64,000 bases of DNA from Trichormus sp. ATA11-4-KO1 (lineage in GTDB: Bacteria; Cyanobacteriota; Cyanobacteriia; Cyanobacteriales; Nostocaceae): contig JAHHIM010000065.1 in NCBI GenBank assembly GCA_019358915.1, forward strand, positions 256,001-320,000, given 5' to 3'. A program made the translations under genes and the position numbers. The first letter of the stretch is position 1. Every line of letters begins with the position of its first letter. The notes beneath the pieces were generated by a model. The model was not told the DNA's origin. It did no database searches and saw nothing but the letters and a program-made list of their open reading frames with translations. Below, piece after piece: positions 33,325 through 42,868 of this stretch.

Positions 33325-33371
33325 TGTTACTGGCGAACAATGTCTATATCTGACATTGCTTACTGCAAACA
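33325..33371. promoter_or_regulatory. Three tandem TGY-N9-ACA boxes upstream of xisA (NtcA-type sites)
   Basis: TGTtactggcgaACA (33325), TGTctatatctgACA (33341), TGCttactgcaaACA (33357), at 16-bp spacing. Confidence 0.65.
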
Positions 33372-33413
33372 TTAGGCTGTTAAAGAGCATTAAACCATAA
33401 AAAGAATTACTCC

Positions 33414-33554
33414 GGCCCTTATCACGGTTATGATGGCTTCGCTATCTTCGCTCGCGATATGGATTTGGCACTCAACAGCCCAACCTGGGGATTAATCGGC
33501 GCTCCCTGGAGCAAAAAGGTTGAAGCTAAAGCTAAAGCCAAAGCTACCGCCTAA
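33414..33554 (+). CDS. nifD: Nitrogenase alpha chain, 3' segment (46 aa; rejoined protein 500 aa)
   Basis: [46 protein letters not shown]; not in the ORF track. Confidence 0.96.
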   Translation, partial: GPYHGYDGFAIFARDMDLALNSPTWGLIGAPWSKKVEAKAKAKATA

Positions 33555-33762
33555 AAAAAATGGGAAAGGGATAAGTAGGGACAGCCTGGGGCTAAAACCC
33601 CAGGGGGGAGTTGGGAATTCAAGGTTCAAAATTCAAAAGTTAAAAGTTTATTTTGATTTTTGCATTCTGAATTTTGAGTGACATTTCCACTCTCTACTCC
33701 ATGCTCCCGACGCAAATTAGTAACGAACGACTTCAGTAAGAGTAAGCTTGGAGATCCACCAA

Positions 33763-35298
33763 ATGCCTCAGAATCCAGACAAAATTCAAGACCACGTTGA
33801 GTTATTCCACCAACCGGAATACCAACAACTGTTCCAAAACAAGAAGGAATTTGAAAACGGTCACAGCCCCGAAGAAGTGGCGCGGGTTGCTGAATGGACA
33901 AAAGGTTGGGAATATCGGGAAAAGAACTTTGCTCGTGAAGCATTGACTGTTAACCCTGCTAAGGGTTGCCAACCTTTAGGTGCAATCTTCGCTGCTGTGG
34001 GTTTTGAAGGCACTTTACCCTTCGTACAAGGTTCCCAAGGTTGCGTTGCTTACTTCCGTACTCACTTAACCCGTCACTACAAAGAACCATTCTCTGGTGT
34101 GTCTTCTTCCATGACTGAAGACGCGGCGGTGTTCGGTGGTATGCAGAACATGATTGATGGCTTGGCTAACTCTTACCAACTTTACAAGCCTAAAATGATT
34201 GCTGTCTGCACCACCTGTATGGCTGAGGTTATTGGTGATGACTTACAAGCCTTCATCAACAACGCTAAGAATGCTGGTTCAGTTCCTAAAGAATTCCCAG
34301 TACCTTACGCTCACACACCTAGCTTTGTCGGTTCCCACATCACTGGTTACGACAACATGATGAAGGGTATTCTTTCTAACCTGACCGCAGGTAAGAAGAA
34401 AGAAACCAGCAATGGCAAAATCAACTTCATCCCAGGTTTTGATACTTATGTAGGTAACAACCGCGAACTGAAGCGGATTGCTTCTTTGTTCGGTTTTGAC
34501 TACACCATTTTGGCTGACAACAGCGATTACCTAGATTCACCCAACACAGGTGAGTTTGATATGTACCCAGGTGGTACTAAGTTGGAAGATGCAGCAGATT
34601 CCATCAATGCTAAAGTTACAGTTGCTCTGCAAGCACACTCCACAGTTAAGACCCGTGAGTACATTGAAAAAGAGTGGAAGCAACCAACTGTAGTTTCCCG
34701 TCCTTGGGGTATTAAGGCTACTGATGAGTTCTTGATGAAACTCAGCGAATTAAGTGGTAAGCCTATTCCCGAAGAATTGGAAATTGAACGTGGTCGTGCA
34801 GTTGATGCCATGACTGACTCCCACTCTTGGGTTCACGGTAAGCGTTTCGCTATCTACGGTGAGCCAGACTTAGTATACAGTGTGGTTGGCTTCATGTTGG
34901 AATTGGGTGCTGAACCTGTACATATCTTGGTTCACAACACCAACGAAGTATTTGAGAAAGAACTCAAAGAATTGCTAGATTCTAGTCCTTTTGGTCAAAG
35001 CGCAACCATTTGGGGCGGTAAAGACCTATGGCACATGCGTTCCTTGTTGTTCACCGAACCTGTAGACTTGCTGATTGGTAATTCCTACGGTAAGTACCTG
35101 TGGCGTGACTGTAAGGTTCCCCTCGTCAGAATTGGTTATCCGATCATGGATCGCCACCACTTACACCGCTACAGCACCATTGGTTATCAAGGTGTGATCA
35201 ATTTGCTCAACTGGATTGTTAATACTGTCTTCGAGGAAATTGATCGCAACACCAACATTCCTTCTAAGACTGATATTTCTTACGACTTGATTCGTTAA
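33763..35298 (+). CDS. nifK: Nitrogenase MoFe protein beta chain
   Basis: [24 protein letters not shown]; start placed at ATG 33763. Confidence 0.98.
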   Translation: MPQNPDKIQDHVELFHQPEYQQLFQNKKEFENGHSPEEVARVAEWTKGWEYREKNFAREALTVNPAKGCQPLGAIFAAVGFEGTLPFVQGSQGCVAYFRTHLTRHYKEPFSGVSSSMTEDAAVFGGMQNMIDGLANSYQLYKPKMIAVCTTCMAEVIGDDLQAFINNAKNAGSVPKEFPVPYAHTPSFVGSHITGYDNMMKGILSNLTAGKKKETSNGKINFIPGFDTYVGNNRELKRIASLFGFDYTILADNSDYLDSPNTGEFDMYPGGTKLEDAADSINAKVTVALQAHSTVKTREYIEKEWKQPTVVSRPWGIKATDEFLMKLSELSGKPIPEELEIERGRAVDAMTDSHSWVHGKRFAIYGEPDLVYSVVGFMLELGAEPVHILVHNTNEVFEKELKELLDSSPFGQSATIWGGKDLWHMRSLLFTEPVDLLIGNSYGKYLWRDCKVPLVRIGYPIMDRHHLHRYSTIGYQGVINLLNWIVNTVFEEIDRNTNIPSKTDISYDLIR

Positions 35299-35453
35299 GA
35301 ATTGCAGCGTGCTAATCAAGGGTAAGGACGGGGAGTAGGGAGTGGGGAGTAGGGACTGGGAAATAAGTTTATTCTTAATACCCAATTCCTGATTCCTTAT
35401 TCCCGATCCCCAACTTACCTTTTTCTTGCAAACATTTACTTGAGGTATCTATT

Positions 35454-35783
35454 ATGGAAAGTATCAATCATACTCACTCTCATCACAATTACCATCCACC
35501 TAACTATAAAAAACCGGGTTGGTTTCACAATCTTCTCAACCCTTTGCGTAATTTGGTAGATGGAATTCAAGTTAAAAATAATCGTCTCGCTCATCTAATT
35601 TGCCAGTTAATTCCTTGCTGTTGTCCTTTTGAGCGAAATATTAGTTTATTTGGGCGGAATGTTCATATCCCAGCTTTGTGCAAGCTCAATCCTTTGTATG
35701 ATGAGTTTGTGGGAATGCGTTTTCGTGCTTTATCTTATCTTGCTGATGAGTGTGGAGAGGATATCACGAAGTATATTTGCTAA
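35454..35783 (+). CDS. Mo-dependent nitrogenase C-terminal domain protein
   Basis: ICQLIPCCCPFER...HIPALCKLNPLY...RFRALSYLADECGED. Confidence 0.87.
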   Translation: MESINHTHSHHNYHPPNYKKPGWFHNLLNPLRNLVDGIQVKNNRLAHLICQLIPCCCPFERNISLFGRNVHIPALCKLNPLYDEFVGMRFRALSYLADECGEDITKYIC

Positions 35784-35806
35784 GCAATGGTCTTGAGTCA
35801 TTAATG

Positions 35807-36224
35807 CTCTTGCAAAGGTCAATTTTATGAATATTAATCCACAGATGAATCCAGATATCAGATATGGCAATCCTCAATTGGTGGTGAACGAGAAGACATA
35901 ATTAACGAACCACGAAGATACGAAGGACACGAAGTAAGAAAAGTAGGTTGGGGAGCCACTGCGGTGGTGAGGCAGTCCGCAGAAGAGGGGGTTCCCTCCA
36001 GGAGGAACTGCCGTAAACCCCTTACGGGCATAGCTGCGCTTACCGCAAAGCGTGCCGTAGGCATAAGGGTTTCCCGGCATAAAGCAAGTGGCGTTTAAGC
36101 GCAGCGCAACCCAACGAAGCAAATGTCGGGTTCGTGATGTTCACAAAGAATTTGGGATTGCTGTTATAGGTGATGAATTATCTGATTTGACTGTGGTAAA
36201 GAGAGGATTTTTGCAGGTGGTCTA
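35807..36224. mobile_element. Multi-layer nested MITE/SDR stack
   Basis: Outer CTCTTGCAAAGGTC...TTTTTGCAGGTGGTCTA; inner TATGGCAATCCT...GGATTGCTGT (35863-36164); innermost GAGCCACTGCG...AGCAAGTGGCGT with further inserts. Confidence 0.65.
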
Positions 36225-36289
36225 TTACTTGGTGAATAGGCTCAGAAGTAATAATTAACACGTCGATCCAGCAAGAGAAGAGAAGAGAG

Positions 36290-37669
36290 ATGAAAAGTAC
36301 CCAAGGCAAAATTAATGAGCTGCTGAGTGAGCCGGGATGCGAACATAATCAGCACAAACAGGGGGAGAAGAAGAATAAGTCTTGCACGCAACAAGCCCAG
36401 CCTGGTGCTGCTCAAGGTGGTTGTGCTTTTGATGGGGCGATGATTGCTCTAGTACCAATTACTGATGCAGCTCATTTAGTCCACGGCCCGATCGCCTGTG
36501 CTGGTAATTCTTGGGGTAGTCGTGGTAGTCTCTCGTCTGGGCCTCTACTCTACAAGACTGGTTTTACTACCGATTTGACTGAAAATGATGTGATTTTCGG
36601 TGGTGAAAAGAAGCTCTATCAGGCAATTCTGGAGGTTAAGGAACGCTACAATCCTGCCGCAGTTTTTGTCTATGCTACTTGTGTGACGGCTTTGATTGGC
36701 GATGATATGGAAGCTGTCTGTAAGGCGGCGGCTGAGAAAATTGGGACTCCGGTAATCCCGGTAATTGCTCCAGGATTTATAGGGAGTAAGAATCTGGGTA
36801 ACCGTTTTGGTGGTGAAGCGTTGCTGGAATATGTAGTTGGTACAGCAGAACCGGCAGAAACTACGCCTTATGATATTAACTTAATCGGTGAGTACAACAT
36901 AGCCGGGGAAATGTGGGGAGTCACTCCTCTGCTGGAGAAGTTAGGAATTCGCGTATTATCCAAAATAACGGGCGATGCTCGCTATGACGAGGTTCGTTAT
37001 GCCCATCGTGCCAAGCTCAATGTGATGATCTGCTCTAGAGCGTTGCTCAATATGGCCAGAAAGATGGAGGAACGCTACAACATTCCTTACATTGAAGAGT
37101 CTTTCTATGGCATCGATGATATGAATCGTTGTCTACGAAATATTGCTGCCAAATTGGGTGATCCAGATTTACAGGAGCGCACGGAAAAGTTAATTGCTGA
37201 AGAAACTGCTGCTTTAGATTTGGCGCTGGCTCCTTATCGCGATCGCCTCAAAGGTAAGCGGGTTGTTTTATATACCGGCGGTGTGAAAAGTTGGTCGATT
37301 ATCTCGGCGGCTAAGGATTTGGGTATAGAAGTTGTTGCTACCAGTACGAGAAAAAGTACTGAGGAAGACAAAGCCCGCATCAAGAAGTTAATCGGCAACG
37401 ATGGCATCATGCTGGAGAAGGGTAACGCTCAGGAATTATTGAAATTGGTAAAAGAAACTGGCGCTGACATGTTAATTGCTGGTGGTCGGAACCAATACAC
37501 CGCCTTGAAAGCGCGGATTCCTTTCCTCGATATCAACCAAGAACGTCACCATCCCTATGCAGGATACGTGGGAATGATCGAGATGGCACGGGAATTGTAC
37601 GAAGCTCTTTATAGCCCCATTTGGGAACAAATACGCAAACCCGCTCCTTGGGAAGAATTGGAAGGATGA
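36290..37669 (+). CDS. nifE: FeMo-co scaffold subunit
   Basis: [25 protein letters not shown]. Confidence 0.97.
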   Translation: MKSTQGKINELLSEPGCEHNQHKQGEKKNKSCTQQAQPGAAQGGCAFDGAMIALVPITDAAHLVHGPIACAGNSWGSRGSLSSGPLLYKTGFTTDLTENDVIFGGEKKLYQAILEVKERYNPAAVFVYATCVTALIGDDMEAVCKAAAEKIGTPVIPVIAPGFIGSKNLGNRFGGEALLEYVVGTAEPAETTPYDINLIGEYNIAGEMWGVTPLLEKLGIRVLSKITGDARYDEVRYAHRAKLNVMICSRALLNMARKMEERYNIPYIEESFYGIDDMNRCLRNIAAKLGDPDLQERTEKLIAEETAALDLALAPYRDRLKGKRVVLYTGGVKSWSIISAAKDLGIEVVATSTRKSTEEDKARIKKLIGNDGIMLEKGNAQELLKLVKETGADMLIAGGRNQYTALKARIPFLDINQERHHPYAGYVGMIEMARELYEALYSPIWEQIRKPAPWEELEG

Positions 37670-37683
37670 GGAGAAGGGAACAG

Positions 37684-37740
37684 GTGAGTCAGCGCGGTCT
37701 TGGGGGTTTCCCCCATGAGCGACTGACGAACCCCGAAGGG
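37684..37740. repeat. Small dispersed repeat
   Basis: GTGAGTCAGCGCGGTCTTGGGGGTTTCCCCCATGAGCGACTGACGAACCCCGAAGGG; related to the 18369 copy. Confidence 0.75.
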
Positions 37741-37837
37741 GGAACAGGGAACAGGGAACAGAAATTATTCTTTGCTTCCCTAGCCACCCCAGCTTCCCCT
37801 GCTTTTTTTCCTACTCCCCACTTATACAGGTATTAAT

Positions 37838-39145
37838 ATGGCGATCGTTAATCTTCCTACTAAATCACTTACTGTTAATCCTCTCAAGCAAAGTCAGGCT
37901 TTGGGTGCGTCTTTAGCTTTTCTGGGATTGAAGGGGATGATTCCTTTGTTCCACGGTTCTCAAGGTTGTACTGCTTTCGCCAAAGTTGTGCTTGTACGGC
38001 ATTTTCGGGAGGCTATTCCCCTAGCCACTACAGCTATGACGGAAGTCACTACTATCTTGGGTGGTGAGGATAATGTGGAACAGTCTATCCTCACTTTGGT
38101 AGAGAAGGTCAATCCCGAAATTATTGGTCTTTGTAGTACGGGACTCACGGAAACTAGGGGAGATGATATTGAGCGTTTTCTCAAGGATATCCGCGATCGC
38201 CACCCGGAACTGAATCACCTACCGATTGTTTTTGCTCCTACTCCTGATTTTAAGGGGGCATTGCAAGATGGTTTTGCGGCGGCTGTGGAAAGTATTGTTA
38301 AGGAAATCCCCAAAGCTGGTGGTGTCAAAACTGAGCAAGTAACTATTTTGGCTGGTTCTGCTTTTACACCAGGCGATATCCAAGAAATTAAAGATATGGT
38401 CACGGCTTTTGGCTTGGTACCTATCTTTGTTCCTGACTTGGGGGCTTCTTTAGATGGTCATCTAGAAGATGGCTATAGCGCAATTACAGCTAGTGGCACC
38501 ACTTTAAAACAGCTACGAGAGGTCGGTAGTTCAGCCTTCACCATTGCTTTAGGTGAAAGTATGCGGGAGGCCGCCAAAATCCTGGAGGAACGGTTTAACA
38601 TCCCCTACGAGGTGTTTGGTGAACTAACTGGTTTGGAACCAGTGGATGAGTTTTTACAAGCATTGGCGATTCTCAGCAGCAACAGCGTCCCGGAAAAATA
38701 CCGCCGTCAACGTCGCCAGTTACAAGATGCCATGTTAGATACTCATTTTTACTTCGGTGCGAAGCGAGTATCTTTAGCATTGGAACCGGACTTTTTATGG
38801 TCAATGGTTAACTTCCTGCATTCCATGGGCGCACAAGTTCACGCTGCGGTAACAACCACGCGATCGCCCTTGTTGGAAAAACTCCCTGTAAAAAGCGTTA
38901 CCATCGGTGACCTAGAAGACCTAGAACAACTTGCAGACGGGTCTGACTTACTCATTGGTAACTCTAATGTAAATGCGATCGCCAAACGTCTAGAAATACC
39001 TCTTTATCGTATGGGTATACCCATTTATGACCGTTTAGGTAATGGACATTTCACCAAAGTAGGCTATCGCGGGACGATGGAAGTTTTGTTTGGCATCGGT
39101 AACTTATTTTTAGAAGCCGAAGAAGAGAGAGTTAAAGACTTATAG
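37838..39145 (+). CDS. nifN: FeMo-co scaffold subunit
   Basis: NPLKQSQALGA, HGSQGCTAF, DAMLDTHF. Confidence 0.97.
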   Translation: MAIVNLPTKSLTVNPLKQSQALGASLAFLGLKGMIPLFHGSQGCTAFAKVVLVRHFREAIPLATTAMTEVTTILGGEDNVEQSILTLVEKVNPEIIGLCSTGLTETRGDDIERFLKDIRDRHPELNHLPIVFAPTPDFKGALQDGFAAAVESIVKEIPKAGGVKTEQVTILAGSAFTPGDIQEIKDMVTAFGLVPIFVPDLGASLDGHLEDGYSAITASGTTLKQLREVGSSAFTIALGESMREAAKILEERFNIPYEVFGELTGLEPVDEFLQALAILSSNSVPEKYRRQRRQLQDAMLDTHFYFGAKRVSLALEPDFLWSMVNFLHSMGAQVHAAVTTTRSPLLEKLPVKSVTIGDLEDLEQLADGSDLLIGNSNVNAIAKRLEIPLYRMGIPIYDRLGNGHFTKVGYRGTMEVLFGIGNLFLEAEEERVKDL

Positions 39146-39165
39146 AAGTAGGGAATAGGGAAAAA

Positions 39166-39288
39166 GCTGAAGTACTGAGTACATCGCTAATAAAATTTGG
39201 CAATCTTAGCGTAACTCTGCGCTACCTTAGCGTCTCTCTGCGTTAAAAAACATTAGTTCTGTACCTCACTTAAATGAGAATCGCCATA
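39166..39288 (-). mobile_element. MITE copy (inverted relative of the 8622-8762 element)
   Basis: GCTGAAGTACTGAGTACATCGCTAATAAAATT...CATTAGTTCTGTACCTCACTTAA matches the reverse complement of the inner MITE. Confidence 0.8.
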
Positions 39289-39343
39289 ACATATTTCTTC
39301 CCCTACCCATCTCCCCACTCCCCTACATATTCAGGAGAACACA

Positions 39344-39733
39344 ATGAAAATTGCCTTTACGACAAGTGACCGAGTTCATATTAATGCTCACTTCGGATGG
39401 GCAAGGGAAATTGATGTTTATGAAATCTCTGATGAGGGATATCAATTTCTAGAGACTTTAAAGTTTGAAGGTGACCTTAAAGAAGATGGGAATGAGGATA
39501 AAATCACTCCCAAACTTGAGGCGTTAAATGATTGCACTATTGTTTATGTCACAGCAATTGGTGGTAGTGCTGCTGCACGATTGATCAAGAAAGGTGTGAC
39601 TCCAGTTAAGGCTAAGTCAGAAGAAGAAGAAATTAGTGAAGTCCTCAATAAGCTAGTGCAAACTCTTAAAGGTAATCCTCCACCTTGGTTGCGCAAGGCT
39701 TTACGACAAACAACTCCAAATTTTGCAGATTAA
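39344..39733 (+). CDS. nifX: FeMo-co carrier
   Basis: INAHFGWA...IGGSAAA...PPPWLRKA. Confidence 0.95.
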   Translation: MKIAFTTSDRVHINAHFGWAREIDVYEISDEGYQFLETLKFEGDLKEDGNEDKITPKLEALNDCTIVYVTAIGGSAAARLIKKGVTPVKAKSEEEEISEVLNKLVQTLKGNPPPWLRKALRQTTPNFAD

Positions 39734-39753
39734 TTTCAACTTGAAGTAGTGGT

Positions 39754-40230
39754 ATGAGTGTCAATAATAGCGTTAACGGAACTCCTCACACAGAAGTCTT
39801 GAAATCTCCCTTCCTCAAGACATTAATCCAACAAATTCGTGGTCAAGATACTTACGGAGTTTATCGGAATTGGTCGGATGAATTAATTCTCAAACCTTTT
39901 GTTGTTACCAAACAAAAGAAGCGAGAAATTTCTCTGGAGGGTGAGGTTGACCCCATCACTCAAGCACGGATTATGGCATTTTTCCGCGCTGTAGCCGCAG
40001 GTATCGAACAGGAAACCGGTTTGATATCTCAGGTTGTCATTGATTTGAGTCACGAAGGTTTTGGCTGGGCGTTGGTCTTTTCTGGTCGTCTGTTACTAGC
40101 TATGAGAACCTTACGTGATGCTCATCGTTTTGGGTTTGATTCACTAGAAAAATTAGCCGCAGAAGGTGAACAGTTTGTGCAAAAAGGGATTGATTTAGCC
40201 AAGCGATTCCCCGAAGTTGGTAAGTTGTGA
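39754..40230 (+). CDS. NifX-associated protein (DUF269)
   Basis: QIRGQDTYG...SHEGFG...LRDAHRFGF. Confidence 0.9.
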   Translation: MSVNNSVNGTPHTEVLKSPFLKTLIQQIRGQDTYGVYRNWSDELILKPFVVTKQKKREISLEGEVDPITQARIMAFFRAVAAGIEQETGLISQVVIDLSHEGFGWALVFSGRLLLAMRTLRDAHRFGFDSLEKLAAEGEQFVQKGIDLAKRFPEVGKL

Positions 40231-40272
40231 TTAGGAGGGCATCCTATTTTTTAAACGCAAAGTGACGCTAAG

Positions 40273-40356
40273 TACAGTTCAGTTAAGAGTAGATATCTTG
40301 AATTATCAGCGTTAATCGGCGTGTATCGGCGGTTAATTATTCTTATCTGAACTGTA
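40273..40356. mobile_element. 84-bp TA-flanked MITE
   Basis: Ends TACAGTTCAGTTAAG...CTTATCTGAACTGTA. Confidence 0.7.
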
Positions 40357-40405
40357 TTCTTTTTAAAATTTGCAATGCTATTGATATGAATAGGAGTACT
40401 GAATA

Positions 40406-40621
40406 GTGCAGGCAGAAGAAACTAATATTGAGGAACTGAAAACTAAAATCAAGAAGCTGAATAGTAAGGCAGGTCAAATGAAAATGGATCTGCATGATTT
40501 AGCAGAGGGTCTGCCAACAGATTACAAAACACTGATGGATGTTGCGGCGGCAACTTATGAAATTTATCGTCAGCTAGATGAATTGAAACAACATCTGAAA
40601 AAATTGGAGAGTGCTAAATGA
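40406..40621 (+). CDS. CCE_0567 / DUF683 family nif-associated protein
   Basis: KMDLHDLAEGLP motif. Confidence 0.9.
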   Translation: MQAEETNIEELKTKIKKLNSKAGQMKMDLHDLAEGLPTDYKTLMDVAAATYEIYRQLDELKQHLKKLESAK

Positions 40622-40935
40622 CAAGAACTATTGATGAGTTTAAGAAACTTGTAGATGCAGAAGAGTTTTTTATCTTTTTTAATCTGCCCTACGACCAACA
40701 ATTCGTGAATGTAAATCGTCTGCATATTTTAAAGAAGTTTGCTCAATTTATCAGTCAAGTTGATGACGCTCATCCTGAGTTAAATCAAGAGGAAAGACTT
40801 GAGCAATATTCTCTAGCTTTACAAAAAGCTTATGCGGTATTTGAAGAGTCAACACCCCATGAACAAAAGCTGTTCAAAGTGTTTAATGATAAGCCGAAGA
40901 ATGTAGTCACTCTGACAGAAATCACTTCTGATTAG
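40618..40935 (+). CDS. nifW: Nitrogenase-stabilizing protein
   Basis: AEEFF...VNVNRLHILKKF...KLFKVF. Confidence 0.94.
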   Translation: MTRTIDEFKKLVDAEEFFIFFNLPYDQQFVNVNRLHILKKFAQFISQVDDAHPELNQEERLEQYSLALQKAYAVFEESTPHEQKLFKVFNDKPKNVVTLTEITSD

Positions 40936-40945
40936 GAGGTAAAAA

Positions 40946-41734
40946 GTGATCAACCTATCGCCTACCGAATTAGAACGCTATAGTCGCCAAATGATGCTCC
41001 CAAATTTTGGCGAACTAGCTCAAAAACGCCTGAAGTCAGCGACGGTTCTGGTTACGGGTGTGGGGGGATTAGGCGGTACGGCGGCGCTTTACTTAGCAGT
41101 AGCGGGCGTTGGGCGGCTAATCTTAGTCCGGGGTGGTGACTTGCGCTTGGATGATATGAATCGTCAGATTTTAATGACTGATGATTGGGTAGGTAAACCC
41201 AGGGTATTTAAAGCTAAGGAAACTCTGGAAGCTATCAATCCTCATATCCAGGTGGAAGCAGTTCATGATTACATCACCCCGGAAAATGTGGACTCGTTAG
41301 TGCAATCGGCTGATATGGCTTTGGACTGCGCCCACAATTTTACGGAACGCAACTTGTTAAATGCAGCTTGTGTGCGTTGGCGTAAACCAATGGTGGAAGC
41401 AGCTATGGATGGGATGGAGGCTTATTTAACCACGATTATTCCTGGTGTGACTCCTTGTTTATCTTGTCTATTTCCAGAGAAGCCGGAATGGGATCGTCGT
41501 GCTTTTTCAGTGTTGGGCGCTGTATCTGGGACATTAGCTTGTCTGACGGCTTTGGAAGCAATCAAGTTGATTACTGGTTTTAGTCAACCTTTATTATCGC
41601 AATTGTTGACCATTGACCTAAATCGGATGGAATTTGCTAAACGCCGTTCGCAACGCGATCGCTCTTGTCCAGTATGCGGTAATACTGCCCCCTGGAGATA
41701 CGGTCAATCCCAATCTGTGGTCATTAGTCATTAG
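40946..41734 (+). CDS. hesA: HesA (MoeB/ThiF family)
   Basis: RYSRQM, GVGGLG, CLSC, CPVC. Confidence 0.94.
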   Translation: MINLSPTELERYSRQMMLPNFGELAQKRLKSATVLVTGVGGLGGTAALYLAVAGVGRLILVRGGDLRLDDMNRQILMTDDWVGKPRVFKAKETLEAINPHIQVEAVHDYITPENVDSLVQSADMALDCAHNFTERNLLNAACVRWRKPMVEAAMDGMEAYLTTIIPGVTPCLSCLFPEKPEWDRRAFSVLGAVSGTLACLTALEAIKLITGFSQPLLSQLLTIDLNRMEFAKRRSQRDRSCPVCGNTAPWRYGQSQSVVISH

Positions 41735-41785
41735 ACAACTAACACAAATATCCTCACCTGTAATTAGAACCAATCAGGAGACTTA

Positions 41786-42157
41786 ATGAGCGTTACTTTG
41801 ACAGAAAAAGCAGAATTTCGTCTGCGAGCATTTTTACGAGGTTCAGCCCCCGATAATGATGACACTAAAAAAGGTATCCGTGTATCTGTGAAAGATGGCG
41901 GTTGCAGTGGCTATGAGTATGCAATTGATGTCACTAGCAAACCCCAAGCAGATGATTTGGTAATCCAGCAAGGTAAGGTGCTGGTTTATGTTGATGCTAA
42001 AAGTGCGCCTTTATTAGAAGGTGTGGTAATCGACTTTGTTGAAGGGGTAATGGAAAGTGGTTTTAAGTTCACTAACCCCAACGCCAGCGATACCTGCGGT
42101 TGTGGTAAGTCCTTCACAGCAGGTGACTGTACCCCTACTGGTATACCTTGTAGCTAA
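41786..42157 (+). CDS. hesB: HesB/IscA Fe-S carrier
   Basis: GGCSGYEY...CGCGKSF. Confidence 0.94.
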   Translation: MSVTLTEKAEFRLRAFLRGSAPDNDDTKKGIRVSVKDGGCSGYEYAIDVTSKPQADDLVIQQGKVLVYVDAKSAPLLEGVVIDFVEGVMESGFKFTNPNASDTCGCGKSFTAGDCTPTGIPCS

Positions 42158-42265
42158 GAACTACTTGCAGACGAACTTGGCGCTAGTTATCGAAGTTGCA
42201 TCAGGGAGACAGAAAAACTTCGAGAACACAATCTAAATCTTATAATCTGAGAGGAGAATCGGAAA

Positions 42266-42565
42266 ATGGCTACCTATCAAGTTAGATTAATCAGCAAAAA
42301 AGAAAACATCGATACCACCATTGAAGTGGACGAAGAAACCACAATTTTGGAAGCAGCAGAAGAAAATGGTATTGAGTTACCTTTTTCTTGTCATTCCGGT
42401 TCTTGCTCTAGTTGTGTAGGCAAAGTAGTTGAAGGTGAAGTTGATCAATCTGATCAAATCTTTTTAGATGACGAGCAAATGTCTAAAGGCTTCGCCCTAC
42501 TTTGTGTAACTTATCCTCGTTCTAATTGCACAATTAAGACTCACCAAGAACCATATCTTGTCTAA
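42266..42565 (+). CDS. fdxH: Heterocyst 2Fe-2S ferredoxin
   Basis: [13 protein letters not shown]...[10 protein letters not shown]. Confidence 0.95.
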   Translation: MATYQVRLISKKENIDTTIEVDEETTILEAAEENGIELPFSCHSGSCSSCVGKVVEGEVDQSDQIFLDDEQMSKGFALLCVTYPRSNCTIKTHQEPYLV

Positions 42566-42727
42566 AGTCTTACTTTTAACGCTACACTGACAAATATTTG
42601 AAATTTAAGATGAAGGATATTATTTATCCTTCATTTTTGTTTTTAACTCAGATTATCACAAACTTAATGTGGCGAGATTTGATATTTTATCAACTATTTC
42701 CGCAATCCCCAAGATTGTTGCGGGAAT

Positions 42728-42833
42728 TATAGCCTTTCTTGTCCTGGTGAGGTACAAACAAAAATAATTAAACGCAGATGAACGCGGATAAACGCGGATG
42801 AATTTGTACTCCAGCAGACTAGTAAACGCTATA
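42728..42833 (+). mobile_element. 106-bp TA-flanked MITE, copy A
   Basis: TATAGCCTTTC...GTAAACGCTATA; exact reverse complement of 46910-47015. Confidence 0.92.
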
Positions 42834-42868
42834 TTGGCAAATCCAGTTACAAATACAGATTTTCTGAC

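Larger units (their letters stand above)
24321..33414. mobile_element. nifD excision element (9,083 bp removed), XisA type
   Basis: GGATTACTCCG (24321-24331) and GAATTACTCCG (33404-33414); joining them restores [13 protein letters not shown]; xisA sits at the nifK-proximal end. Confidence 0.96.

Noticed and set aside
35858..36122. Small ORFs in the nifK-nifE spacer (likewise 18196-18574 and 57995-58271)
   Set aside because: They are open frames created by GC-rich nested repeats, not genes.
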